The notes under the pieces are model-generated. The model was not told where the DNA came from, ran no database searches, and saw nothing but the letters and a program-made list of their open reading frames with translations. The position numbers and the translations under genes were made by a program. A DNA stretch of 64,000 bases. It comes from Chthoniobacteraceae bacterium (GTDB lineage Bacteria > Verrucomicrobiota > Verrucomicrobiia > Chthoniobacterales > Chthoniobacteraceae). Numbering within the stretch: position 1 is the stretch's first letter; every line of letters starts with the position of its first letter. The stretch is from assembly GCA_040081625.1 (NCBI GenBank), contig JBEBGD010000009.1:36686-100685 (forward strand), in the 5' to 3' direction. This document shows positions 36,080-45,420 of the stretch, one piece after another.

Positions 36080-37207
36080 ATGAGAATCACGCCCTCGCCC
36101 ACCCGCCTCACCCGGCACCTCGCGCCAATCCCCCGCGCGGTGCTCGTGCTCGCGGTGCTCGTGATGAGCGCGCTCGCGGCGCCGAAACCGCCGAAACCGC
36201 CGAAGCCTCCCAAACCGCCGAAGTCCAACGCGGCGCTGCTGCTCCAGCAACATGCGAAGGCTGCCGCCCAACAGCACCTCCTCACCCAGCGCGCCGCCAG
36301 CCAGCAGCATCACCTGCTCACGCAGCGCACGGCTGCTTCGTCGCGGCAGCAATTGCTCCGCACGTCCGCAGCATCCTCGCGCCACCATCTCCTGCTCGCG
36401 CACTCAGCCCAGTCCGCGCGTCATCTCCTGCTCAACCAGTCGGCGGCGTCGCACCGCCACCTCCTGCTATCGCAATCGGCGGCATCGGCGCGCCATCATC
36501 TGCTGCTCACGTCGGCGGCTTCCGCACGGCATCATCTCCTGCTTTCGCAGACGGCCCAATCCGCGCGTCACCTCCTGCTCGCGCAGGCGGCCGCTTCACA
36601 TCGCCACCTGCTCCTCGCCCAGACCGCTCAGTCCGCGCATCACCTTCTGAACAGCCGCGCGGCTGCCTCGCGCCATCACCTTTTGCTGAACCAGACGGCG
36701 CAATCCGCGCATCATCACCTGCTCACGACCGCCGCGGCTTCTGCGCACCACCACCTCCTGCGCTCGCAGAGCGCCCAGGCGGCCCATCACCTTCTGCTTC
36801 AGAATGCAGGAAAACATCGGCCGCAGCCCGGCGCCGGCGCGGGGAACTCGCACAATCTTCAGCGCATCCAGCACCAGCAGCAGCAGGCGCACAACCGCCA
36901 GACGGCGCAGAAAGCGCAGGCGCACCGGCAGCACCTGCAGCAGCAGAAAAAGACCACGCAGGCTCAACTGCTCGCCCAGCGGCAGAAGACCGCGCAGCAG
37001 CACCTGCTCAGCACGCGCAACTCCACGAACAAGCACCAACTCCTGCTCCAGCAGTCGCGCAAATCGCAGATGTCCCTGCTTCAGCAAGCTGCGAAGGACG
37101 ATCCGCGCCCGCCCGCCCGGCACCCGTTCGTGAACCAGCCTGCCAAGCCGTGGTTCGTGCGCGACGAAGAGCCCGTTTCGCGCATCGAGCCGCCACGCGA
37201 GCCCTGA
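36080..37207 (+). CDS. Secreted-looking His/Leu/Ala/Ser/Gln-rich tandem repeat protein
   Basis: Hydrophobic AVLVLAVLVMSALA, PKP repeats, 15 consecutive 12-14 aa LL(L)xxxAxSxxH units. Codons vary synonymously between units. Confidence 0.75.
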   Translation: MRITPSPTRLTRHLAPIPRAVLVLAVLVMSALAAPKPPKPPKPPKPPKSNAALLLQQHAKAAAQQHLLTQRAASQQHHLLTQRTAASSRQQLLRTSAASSRHHLLLAHSAQSARHLLLNQSAASHRHLLLSQSAASARHHLLLTSAASARHHLLLSQTAQSARHLLLAQAAASHRHLLLAQTAQSAHHLLNSRAAASRHHLLLNQTAQSAHHHLLTTAAASAHHHLLRSQSAQAAHHLLLQNAGKHRPQPGAGAGNSHNLQRIQHQQQQAHNRQTAQKAQAHRQHLQQQKKTTQAQLLAQRQKTAQQHLLSTRNSTNKHQLLLQQSRKSQMSLLQQAAKDDPRPPARHPFVNQPAKPWFVRDEEPVSRIEPPREP

Positions 37208-37220
37208 AGCCCGGCTGGTT

Positions 37221-37997
37221 TTACCCGAAGATCTCGGCGAGGAATTTCTTCATCGCGGCCCACGATTCGGCGTCGGCGCGCTCGTTGTAAGCCTGGCCCT
37301 TGCTGGGATCGTCGCCCGCTTCCTTCTTCGTGAAGCTGTGCACCGCGCCGGGATACGCGACGAATTTCATCTTCGCCTTGGACTTCGCCATCTCGTCCTT
37401 GAACGCATCGACTTCGGCGGGTTTCACGAAGGGATCGTCTGCGCCGTGGCAGATGAGGACGCGAGCCTTGATGCCGCCCTCCGCGGCCGGCAGTTTCGTG
37501 CCGAGCCCGCCGTGAAAGCTCACCACGCCGCGCACATCCGCGCCGCTGCGCGCGAGCTCGAGCACGCTCGTGCCGCCGAAGCAGTAGCCGATCGCTGCGA
37601 GCCTGTCGGGCTGCACGAGCTTGTTCTTTTTCAACTCGCCGAGTGCGAGCATCACGCGCCGGCGCAGCAGCGGCAGGTCGTTTTTGTAAGTGCCCGCCTG
37701 CACTCCGCACTCCTTCGGATCCGTCGGGCGCACGCCCTTCCCATACACATCCGCCGCGAACGCGACGTAGCCCAGTTCGGCCACCATCGCCGTGCGCCGC
37801 TTCGCGTAGTCCTGCAGGCCGGTCCAGTCGTGGATCACGAGCACGCCGGGGCGGAGCTTGGTGTTCGAGTCGTCGTAGGCGATGAAGCCCTCGAGCACCG
37901 TGTCGCCGTCCTTGTATTCGACGGTTTCCGTTTTGATGGCGGCGAAGGCGGCGCTGCCGAGCGCGAGCACCGCGAGGGAGAAGGCAATGGTTTTCAT
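37221..37997 (-). CDS. Dienelactone hydrolase family protein
   Basis: HDWTG, GYCFGG, HGADD, HSFT; signal peptide. Confidence 0.9.
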   Translation of the reverse strand: MKTIAFSLAVLALGSAAFAAIKTETVEYKDGDTVLEGFIAYDDSNTKLRPGVLVIHDWTGLQDYAKRRTAMVAELGYVAFAADVYGKGVRPTDPKECGVQAGTYKNDLPLLRRRVMLALGELKKNKLVQPDRLAAIGYCFGGTSVLELARSGADVRGVVSFHGGLGTKLPAAEGGIKARVLICHGADDPFVKPAEVDAFKDEMAKSKAKMKFVAYPGAVHSFTKKEAGDDPSKGQAYNERADAESWAAMKKFLAEIFG

Positions 37998-38047
37998 ACG
38001 GCGCAAAGCATGAATCGCCGAGAGCCCCGTGACAACTTCGGAACCGG

Positions 38048-38341
38048 TCAGTGGAGCGGCTCGACCGTGCCGCCGCGCTCGACGATCATTCGTTCGACGG
38101 TCGTGAGGTCTTCGTGCGGCAGCTTCTTCCGCTGGTATTTGCGCCACAGCACCTCGCGCAGTTCCGCGAGATCCTCGATCGTCGGATTGTCAAAATAAGT
38201 CCACGTCTCCTCGCTCTTGAGCTTCGCCTGCAACCGCCAGCGACCGCCAAATTTCTCGGCGCGGATCTCGCGCTTCTCGCCTTCGGCGGTGGTGGACTTC
38301 CATTCGTGGACGTTGCGGGATTGGGGCGATTTCGATGGCAC
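38048..38341 (-). CDS. Small hypothetical protein (97 aa)
   Basis: Protein-like C-terminal part of ORF 38048..39232 (HEWK..EKREIRA..GRWRLQ..LWRKYQR). GTG start chosen. Confidence 0.6.
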   Translation of the reverse strand: MPSKSPQSRNVHEWKSTTAEGEKREIRAEKFGGRWRLQAKLKSEETWTYFDNPTIEDLAELREVLWRKYQRKKLPHEDLTTVERMIVERGGTVEPLH

Positions 38342-38371
38342 GGCACGGACATATGGCGAGAATCGGCGCCC

Positions 38372-39229
38372 TTGAAAGACCTCTTGAAGATCGTCGCCTA
38401 TTTCCTCGCCGTGATCGTGGCCGGCGCGCTGCTCGCGCCGGTCCTGTATTGGGCGGGGCGCTCGTTCTTTCCGGGCACGGAGTTCCAGAGCTTCTTCAAC
38501 CGCGGCCTCCTCGTCGCCGCGATCGCGATGATCTGGCCGATGGTGCGGTGGCTGCGGATCGACGGGATGCGCGGGCTCGGGCTCGATCCCGATCCGCACG
38601 CATGGAGCCGGTTCGCCGTGGGCTTCGCGATCGCCGCGCTGTGCGTGAGCCTGCTCGCCGGGGGCTACATCGCCGGCGAGATCTATCGGTGGAAAGGCAC
38701 GCTGCCATGGAGCAAGCCGCCGTCGCTCATGCTCTCGGCGATCACCGTGGGCCTGATCGAGGAGGGGTTGTTCCGCGGGGGAATGCTCGGGTTGTTCCTC
38801 CGCTCGATGCGCCCCGGCGTCGCGATCGTCGCGACCAGCGCGATCTTCTCCGTCGTCCACTTCCTCAAGCCCGACGAAACCTTCCAGGTCGCCGAGGTCG
38901 GCTGGACCTCGGGCTTCGCGCTCATCCCGCACCTCTTCCATCAATTCGGGAATCCGCTCCTGCTGCTCGGCGGCTTTACCACGATCTTCGTGCTCGGCCT
39001 CATGCTCGCCGACGTGACCGTCCGCACCCGCTCCCTGTGGATGGCGATCGGCCTGCACGCCGGCGTCGTCTTCGTGAAGATGAGCTTCAGCTCCTTTACC
39101 AAGCGGCAGGAAGTCCACCTGCCGTGGATCGGCAAGGAATTGCAAATCGGCCTCGTGCCGGTCGCCGCGCTGCTGCTCGGGTGGTGGCTCGCCCGGCTCT
39201 GGATCCGCCATGCTCGGCGCACTGCGTAG
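38372..39229 (+). CDS. CPBP (CAAX protease/Abi) intramembrane metalloprotease
   Basis: EEGLFRG, FSVVH, AIGLHAG. TTG start. Confidence 0.85.
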   Translation: MKDLLKIVAYFLAVIVAGALLAPVLYWAGRSFFPGTEFQSFFNRGLLVAAIAMIWPMVRWLRIDGMRGLGLDPDPHAWSRFAVGFAIAALCVSLLAGGYIAGEIYRWKGTLPWSKPPSLMLSAITVGLIEEGLFRGGMLGLFLRSMRPGVAIVATSAIFSVVHFLKPDETFQVAEVGWTSGFALIPHLFHQFGNPLLLLGGFTTIFVLGLMLADVTVRTRSLWMAIGLHAGVVFVKMSFSSFTKRQEVHLPWIGKELQIGLVPVAALLLGWWLARLWIRHARRTA

Positions 39230-39935
39230 CACCGGCGAAGCGCTGCTCTCGCTCTTCTATCCGCCGCATTGCGCCGCATGCGGCTGCGACACGAGCGCGG
39301 GCCTGCATCTCTGCGCGAAGTGCGGCGATGGGGCGCGGCGGATCGAGTCGCCATTCTGCCGCCAGTGCTCGCAGCCCTTCGAGGGCGACATCACCGGCAC
39401 CTTCACCTGCTCAAACTGCGGCGACCGCAGCTTTCACTTCGACTGCGCCGTCGCACCCTTCCTCGCGCGCGGCGTCGTGCGCGAGTTCATCCATCGGTTC
39501 AAATACGAGCGCGAATACCACCTGCGCCATCCGCTCGCGGAATGGGCCGCTGCCGGACTCGACGACGAGCGCATCCGCGCGCGCGCCATCGACGCCCTCG
39601 TGCCGGTGCCGCTGCACCCGGCGCGCAAGCGCGAGCGCGAATTCAACCAGGCCGAGGCCATCGCCACGCTGCTCGCCCGCCGCGCCGGCGTCCCGATGCG
39701 CGACGCGCTCCAGCGCACCCGCTACACGACCACTCAGACGCGCCTCGACCGCCACGAACGAATGGAAAACTTGCGCGGGGCCTTCCGGGTGCGACATGCT
39801 GCCGCCGTGCAGAACCGCCATCTCATCCTCGTGGACGATGTTTTCACCACGGGCTCAACCGTGGAAGAGTGTGCGCGCGTCCTGCGCGAAGCCGGCGCCG
39901 CCAGCGTCCGTGCCATCACCGTCGCCCGCGGCTAA
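39210..39935 (+). CDS. comF: ComF family phosphoribosyltransferase with zinc ribbons
   Basis: Four CxxC pairs, VPLH, FNQA, LVDDVFTTGST. Confidence 0.85.
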   Translation: MLGALRSTGEALLSLFYPPHCAACGCDTSAGLHLCAKCGDGARRIESPFCRQCSQPFEGDITGTFTCSNCGDRSFHFDCAVAPFLARGVVREFIHRFKYEREYHLRHPLAEWAAAGLDDERIRARAIDALVPVPLHPARKREREFNQAEAIATLLARRAGVPMRDALQRTRYTTTQTRLDRHERMENLRGAFRVRHAAAVQNRHLILVDDVFTTGSTVEECARVLREAGAASVRAITVARG

Positions 39936-39962
39936 ATGGAAACACCGCCACCTGATCCAACC

Positions 39963-40823
39963 ATGGGACTTTTCAACAAACCCGTATTCACCTCCGAGAA
40001 GAAACGCGAATTCCCCGAGGGCCTCTGGCAGAAATGCCCCGGCTGCGAGGGGATGATCCACAATCTCGAGCTTCTGCAAAACCTGCGCGTCTGCCCGAAG
40101 TGCGACCATCATTTCACGCTCACCGCGCGCGAACGCATCGATCAGTTGCTCGACGACGAATCCTTCGAGGAGCACGACGCCGGGATGACGTCGGTGGACA
40201 TCCTGAAATTCACCGGCCAGGCCAGCTACACCGACCGGCTCAAGAGCTACCAAAAGAAGACCGGCCTCAAGGACGCCGTGATCACCGGCCGTGGCCGCAT
40301 CGACGGCCAGGGCGCTGCCATCGGCGCGCTCGATTTCAACTTCATCGCCGCGACCATGGGCTCGGTCGTCGGCGAAAAGCTCACACGCATGATCGAAGGC
40401 GCGACGAAGGACCGGCTGCCGGCGATCATCGTCTCCGCGTCCGGCGGCGCGCGTATGTATGAAGGCGTCGTGAGTCTCATGCAGATGGCTAAGACGTGCG
40501 GCGCGCTCGCGCTCCACGCCCAGGCCGGCCTGCCCTATCTCTCCATCCTCACGCACCCGACCACCGGCGGCGTGAGCGCGAGCTTCGCCACCGTCGGCGA
40601 TGTGATTCTCGCGGAGCCGAAGGCGATGATCGGTTTCGCCGGCCCGCGCGTGATCAAGGAGACCACGCACCAGGACCTGCCCGCCGGGTTCCAGACCGCG
40701 GAATTTCTCGAAGAGCACGGGCTCGTGGACCTGATCGTGCATCGCAAAAAAATGCGCGAGACCGTCGCGCAACTGATCCGCTACCTCGCGCCGAAACCGG
40801 CGCCGAAGTCCGCGAAGAAGTGA
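39963..40823 (+). CDS. accD: Acetyl-CoA carboxylase carboxyltransferase beta subunit
   Basis: LWQKCPGC..CPKC, MGSVVGEK, SGGARM, GFAGPRVI, FQTAEFL. Confidence 0.97.
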   Translation: MGLFNKPVFTSEKKREFPEGLWQKCPGCEGMIHNLELLQNLRVCPKCDHHFTLTARERIDQLLDDESFEEHDAGMTSVDILKFTGQASYTDRLKSYQKKTGLKDAVITGRGRIDGQGAAIGALDFNFIAATMGSVVGEKLTRMIEGATKDRLPAIIVSASGGARMYEGVVSLMQMAKTCGALALHAQAGLPYLSILTHPTTGGVSASFATVGDVILAEPKAMIGFAGPRVIKETTHQDLPAGFQTAEFLEEHGLVDLIVHRKKMRETVAQLIRYLAPKPAPKSAKK

Positions 40824-42112
40824 CCTATCGCGAGGCCGTCGCCTGGCTCTACGGCCAGCAGCTTCACGGAATCCGGCTCGGGCTGGAGACGATGCAGCGG
40901 CTCTGCGTGGCGGTCGGCGTCGATCTCGCACCGACGCCCGTCGGGCGCGGAAAGGCCGCTCCCGCGCTGAGCGTGCGCCGCTCGACGCTCGGCGGAAGCG
41001 AGCGCCCGTTTTTCATTCACGTCGCCGGCACGAACGGCAAGGGCTCCGTCTGCGCGATGCTCGATGCGATCTATCGCGCCGCTGGATTTCGCACCGGGCT
41101 CTACACGTCGCCACACCTCGTCACCTTTCGCGAACGCATCCGCCTCGACGGCGCGATGATCCCCGAGGCCGACGTCGCGGCGGGCCTGACGGAAATCCGC
41201 AACGCGACGGCGCAATGGGATGAGCAGCCGACCTTCTTCGAGATCGCGACAGCGCTCGCGCTCGGCTGGTTTCAAGACGAGCGCGCGCAGGTCGTGGTGC
41301 TCGAGACCGGCCTCGGCGGGCGGCTCGACGCGACGAACGTCGTCGTGCCCGCCGTCTCTGTGCTCACGCCCATCGACCTCGATCACCAGCATTATCTCGG
41401 CGACACCATCACGAAGATTGCGGCGGAAAAGTGCGGGATCATCAAGCCGGGCGTGCCGGTGGTCTCCGCGCTGCAATGGCCCGAAGCGCGCGAAGTGATC
41501 GAGCGCACCGCAGCGGCCCGGGAATGCGCGCTGCACGAGGTCGTGGACGAGGTGGAGCCCAGGCTGCCCGTCAGCCTCACCGGAACGCACCAGCACTGGA
41601 ATGCAGCTCTCGCCCGGACGGTGATCGAAGTGGCCGCGGTGCATACTCGTTTTCTTTCGGTGCCCGCCGAGGCGGTGGCGAAAGGGCTGGCCTCCGTCGG
41701 TTGGCCGGGGCGTTTCCAGCGGGTCGGCGGGCGCATCGTGCTCGACGGCGCGCACAACCCCGCCGCCGCCGCGACGCTCGCGCACACGTGGCGCGAGGTC
41801 TTCGGCGCGCAAAAGGCGACGCTCATCCTCGCCGCGATGCGCGACAAGGACACGCGCGGCGTTTGCGCGGAACTCACGCCGATCGCCGCCCGCGTGTTCA
41901 CCGTCCGCGTGGAAAACGCGCGCTCGTGCACCGCGGAGGAACTCGCCGCGATCGCGCAACCCGCGCAGGCGATGCCATCGCTCGCGGCCGCGATCGAGCA
42001 CGCGAAAACGCACGCCGAGCCCATCCTCATCGCCGGCTCGCTCTTCCTCGTCGGCGAAGCGCTCGTCGCGCTGGGCCTCGCCGAAAGCGAGGGCGAGCGC
42101 AGCGAGCAGTGA
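40820..42112 (+). CDS. folC: Folylpolyglutamate / dihydrofolate synthase
   Basis: HVAGTNGKGS, TSPHL, ETGLGGRLDATN, DGAHN. GTGA overlap with accD. Confidence 0.95.
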   Translation: MTYREAVAWLYGQQLHGIRLGLETMQRLCVAVGVDLAPTPVGRGKAAPALSVRRSTLGGSERPFFIHVAGTNGKGSVCAMLDAIYRAAGFRTGLYTSPHLVTFRERIRLDGAMIPEADVAAGLTEIRNATAQWDEQPTFFEIATALALGWFQDERAQVVVLETGLGGRLDATNVVVPAVSVLTPIDLDHQHYLGDTITKIAAEKCGIIKPGVPVVSALQWPEAREVIERTAAARECALHEVVDEVEPRLPVSLTGTHQHWNAALARTVIEVAAVHTRFLSVPAEAVAKGLASVGWPGRFQRVGGRIVLDGAHNPAAAATLAHTWREVFGAQKATLILAAMRDKDTRGVCAELTPIAARVFTVRVENARSCTAEELAAIAQPAQAMPSLAAAIEHAKTHAEPILIAGSLFLVGEALVALGLAESEGERSEQ

Positions 42113-42760
42113 TCAGCCGCGCATCGCGCGGATCGCGCCTGCCATGTCCGGCGCGGCATACGCGCTCGTGCCGACGACCAGCGTGTCGGCGCCGGCTTCG
42201 CGCGAAAGCTTCGCGGTCGGCAAGTTCACGCCGCCATCGACTTCGATGCGGTAGCCGAAGCCGCCGCGCGCGCGGTGATCCGCCGCGGCTCGCACCTTCT
42301 CCATCATCTCCGTCATGAACGGCTGCCCGCCGAAGCCCGGCTCGACGGTCATGATCAACACGAGATCGACTTCGGCGAGATGCGGCTCGATCGAGGCGAA
42401 GGGCGTGCCGGGCTTGAGCGTGATGCCGCACGTGCAACCGGTCGCACGGATCGCCGCGAGCGTGCCGGCGATGTCGCACGCGGATTCGACGTGGATCGTA
42501 ATGTTCGCGGAGAATGCCGTGAATCGCGGGAAGTAGTGATCGGGCCGGTTGATCATCAGGTGAACATCGATCGGCTTGGTCGCGGCCTTTGCGGCCGCGG
42601 CGCAGAACGCTGGGCCGAAGGAGATGTTGTCCACGAGGTTTCCGTCCATCACGTCGAGGTGGTGCCAGTCCGCGCCTGCGGCCTCGGCGCGGCGGATCTC
42701 GTCGTGCAGACGGCCGAAATCACAGGCGAGGACCGATGGAGCGATGACGATGGAATGCAT
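42113..42760 (-). CDS. rpe: Ribulose-phosphate 3-epimerase
   Basis: HLDVMDG, DVHLM, MTVEPGFGGQ, EVDGG. Confidence 0.95.
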   Translation of the reverse strand: MHSIVIAPSVLACDFGRLHDEIRRAEAAGADWHHLDVMDGNLVDNISFGPAFCAAAAKAATKPIDVHLMINRPDHYFPRFTAFSANITIHVESACDIAGTLAAIRATGCTCGITLKPGTPFASIEPHLAEVDLVLIMTVEPGFGGQPFMTEMMEKVRAAADHRARGGFGYRIEVDGGVNLPTAKLSREAGADTLVVGTSAYAAPDMAGAIRAMRG

Positions 42761-43775
42761 GAGGCGGAGTGAAGGCAGATTCCCTAGGCGCGGCAAGCTG
42801 TAGCCACCACGCGAGCGTGAAGTAGAGCGCGAGGGCGGCGAGGTCGGCGATCGCGAGCGTGAACGGACCGGCGGAAATCTTCGGGTCGAGCTTCATCGCG
42901 TGCAGCGCAGACGGCACGAGCAGACCGGCCGCGCCGGCGATGACCATGCCGCCGGCGATGCTGCCGCCGATCACGCCCGCCGCGCCCAGTTGCCCGCGCC
43001 AGACCGCGGCGATCGTGAACACGATGAGGCCGCACGTCACGCCGATCAGCAGCGAGGTCGCAAGCTCGCGCGGCATGTTTTTCCAAAACCAGCTCCACGT
43101 CGGCTGCCGCGTGCGCAGCGCCTGAAGCGTGAGCGTCATCGACTGAATGCTGATCGACTCCGCGAGCGCGAGCACGAGCGCGAGGAAGAAGGAGAGCACG
43201 AGCGTCTTCGAGAGCGTCTGCTCGAAAAAACCCGCCATGAACGCCGCGCACGTGCCGCTGGCGACGGTCGCGAGCAGCCACGGGAAGCGGACCCGGAACG
43301 CCTTCCACGGCGAGGCGCCGCGCAGTTGCTCGAGGTGAAAGCCGAGCGTCTCGAAGAGCGTGTCGGTCGGCTCGGCGGCGTTAAGGTCGAGCAGGCCCTC
43401 GGTGAAGGCGTTCACATCGATCACGCCCACGACGCGCCGCTCCGCGTCGAGCACGGGCAGCGCGTAGAATTTGTGCATGACGAAAAGATCGCACGCATCG
43501 AGCAGCGTGGCCGTGTGCGGGAGCGCCACGACGCGGCGGATCATCAAGTCGTTCAGCTTCGCCTCGGGCGCTGATGCGAGCAGCCGCCGCGTGGGCAGCA
43601 CGCCGACGAGCCGGTCATCCAGATCGACGACGTAGAAATAGATGATTCGCTCGCCGACGCCGTGTTCGCGGATGACCTCGAGCGCGCCGGCCACGGACAT
43701 GTCCGCGTGGAGCTTCGGGAAGTCGGTGCGCGCGACTTCGAGGACGGGGCGCTGAAAGTGCGCGGGTTCGGGCAT
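42720..43775 (-). CDS. mgtE: Magnesium transporter MgtE-like (CBS pair plus TM domain, no N-domain)
   Basis: YFYVVD..LVGV, RVRFPWL, KLDP...GPF...AD. C-terminal tail overlaps the rpe start by 41 nt. Confidence 0.8.
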   Translation of the reverse strand: MPEPAHFQRPVLEVARTDFPKLHADMSVAGALEVIREHGVGERIIYFYVVDLDDRLVGVLPTRRLLASAPEAKLNDLMIRRVVALPHTATLLDACDLFVMHKFYALPVLDAERRVVGVIDVNAFTEGLLDLNAAEPTDTLFETLGFHLEQLRGASPWKAFRVRFPWLLATVASGTCAAFMAGFFEQTLSKTLVLSFFLALVLALAESISIQSMTLTLQALRTRQPTWSWFWKNMPRELATSLLIGVTCGLIVFTIAAVWRGQLGAAGVIGGSIAGGMVIAGAAGLLVPSALHAMKLDPKISAGPFTLAIADLAALALYFTLAWWLQLAAPRESAFTPPHAFHRHRSIGPRL

Positions 43776-43778
43776 GGC

Positions 43779-43931
43779 TCACGGCATCTGGCCCGGCGGG
43801 CGCGGTGGAGGCGGCGCGGAGCTGCGCCACTCCACGACACAACCCACCGCGACGGCAAAACCGAGCACGAGCAAACCGGCGACGATCTTCCACCAGAGCG
43901 GTGGATCGGTGCGGGGCGTCACATCGGCCAC
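43779..43931 (-). CDS. Putative 50-aa single-TM small protein
   Basis: Manual translation from GTG: MADVTPRTDPPLWWKIVAGLLVLGFAVAVGCVVEWRSSAPPPPRPPGQMP. Fills the phhB-mgtE gap. Confidence 0.5.
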   Translation of the reverse strand: MADVTPRTDPPLWWKIVAGLLVLGFAVAVGCVVEWRSSAPPPPRPPGQMP

Positions 43932-43944
43932 CGCGTGCGCCCGC

Positions 43945-44232
43945 TTATTCCTCGACGAGCGTGTCGATCTTCTCGGCTACCTCGAAGTCGAGATCGGTCA
44001 GCCCGCCTTCACTGTGCGTGGAGAGTTCGATCCGCACCTTGTTGTAGCGGATGTCGATGTTCGGGTGGTGCTCGTCTTCTTCGGCGATCTCGGCGACGCC
44101 GTTCACGAAGTCCATCGCGAGCGTGAAGTCCTCGAATTCGAAGAGGCGTTCGATGTGCTTCTTTTCGAGATCCCACTCGGGCAGTTTCTTGAGCCACTCC
44201 TTGATATCTTCTTTGTTCAGCAGGTCGGCCAT
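43945..44232 (-). CDS. phhB: Pterin-4-alpha-carbinolamine dehydratase
   Basis: AEEDEHHPNI and STHSEGGLTDLD. Confidence 0.9.
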   Translation of the reverse strand: MADLLNKEDIKEWLKKLPEWDLEKKHIERLFEFEDFTLAMDFVNGVAEIAEEDEHHPNIDIRYNKVRIELSTHSEGGLTDLDFEVAEKIDTLVEE

Positions 44233-44422
44233 AATTCGTGTGTGTGTTGAGGTTGAGAGAGCGCGCTGGAATAGCTACGGGGCGGGGCAATTCAAACGCA
44301 ATTTTGCGCGAATCGCCTTTGCCGCCGCACTCCGGTCGGGAAGTGGAAAAGCGACCTTGCCGCCCGGCGAGCCCGGCGTGTAGATAGCCGCCCGCCTTCC
44401 AAAAAACCAACACCAAGACTTT

Positions 44423-45418
44423 ATGGGCCGCCTTTATAACAACATCATCGAAACCGTCGGCCGCACGCCGCTGGTGAAGCTCAACCGCATCCCCGCCAGC
44501 GCAGGTATCGACCCCGGCACCGTCGTCGCGCTCAAGTGCGAGTTCTTCAATCCGCTCGGCAGCGTGAAGGACCGCATCGGCATGTCGATGATCGAGGACG
44601 CGGAGAAACGCGGCGTGCTCACCAAGGACACGGTCATCATCGAGCCGACCAGTGGGAACACCGGCATCGCGCTCGCCTTCGTCGCGGCGGCGAAGGGCTA
44701 CAAGCTCATCCTCACGATGCCGGAGACGATGTCGCAGGAGCGCCGCGTGCTGCTCGCGATGCTCGGCGCGAAGCTCGTGCTCACGCCCGGCAGCGAGGGG
44801 ATGAAAGGCGCGATCGCGCGCGCGGAGGAGTTGCTCGCCAACACGCCGAACTCGTGGATGCCGCAGCAATTCAACAACCCGGCCAACCCCGCCATTCATC
44901 GCACGACCACGGCGGAGGAGATCTGGGAGGATACGGATGGAAAGGTCGATTTCGTCGTCGCCGCGGTCGGCACGGGCGGCACGATCACCGGCTGCGTCGA
45001 AGTCATCAAGCCGCGCAAACCTTCCTTCGCCGCGATCGCGGTCGAGCCGGCCGATTCGCCGGTGATCAACCAGACGCTCAAGGGCGAGCCGGTAAAGCCC
45101 GGTCCGCACAAGATCCAGGGCACCGGCGCCGGCTTCGTGCCAGGCAACCTGCACCTCAAGGACGAGGCCGGGAATCCGCAGATCACCGAGTGCATCAAGG
45201 TCAGCAATGACGATGCCTTCGCGATGGCGCGGCGGCTGGCGAAGGAGGAAGGCATCCTCGTCGGCATCAGCACCGGCGCGAATGTGGTCGCCGCGCTCGA
45301 AGTCGCGAAGCGGCCGGAGAACAAGGGCAAGACGATCGTCACCATCGCGTGCTCGACCGGCGAGCGTTACCTCTCGACCGCACTGGCCGCGGACGCGCGC
45401 GCCGAGGTGGGCGGCTAG
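44423..45418 (+). CDS. cysK: Cysteine synthase A
   Basis: [33 protein letters not shown]. Confidence 0.95.
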   Translation: MGRLYNNIIETVGRTPLVKLNRIPASAGIDPGTVVALKCEFFNPLGSVKDRIGMSMIEDAEKRGVLTKDTVIIEPTSGNTGIALAFVAAAKGYKLILTMPETMSQERRVLLAMLGAKLVLTPGSEGMKGAIARAEELLANTPNSWMPQQFNNPANPAIHRTTTAEEIWEDTDGKVDFVVAAVGTGGTITGCVEVIKPRKPSFAAIAVEPADSPVINQTLKGEPVKPGPHKIQGTGAGFVPGNLHLKDEAGNPQITECIKVSNDDAFAMARRLAKEEGILVGISTGANVVAALEVAKRPENKGKTIVTIACSTGERYLSTALAADARAEVGG

Positions 45419-45420
45419 GC

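Noticed and set aside
36236..36790. Roughly 36-nt periodicity resembling a CRISPR array
   Set aside because: No invariant repeat with unique spacers; variation is codon-wise within one ORF, and there are no cas genes.
38372..39229. Abi-family gene as abortive infection defence
   Set aside because: It is a CPBP/CAAX-type protease in a comF-accD-folC run; the family name does not imply defence.
42720..42800. Frameshift at the mgtE 3' end, suggested by the 41-nt overlap with rpe
   Set aside because: The transmembrane domain is complete; loss of a stop with a short tail explains it, and no frameshift can be shown.
43776..43944. M-box riboswitch upstream of mgtE
   Set aside because: No recognisable aptamer; the gap is better explained by a small ORF.
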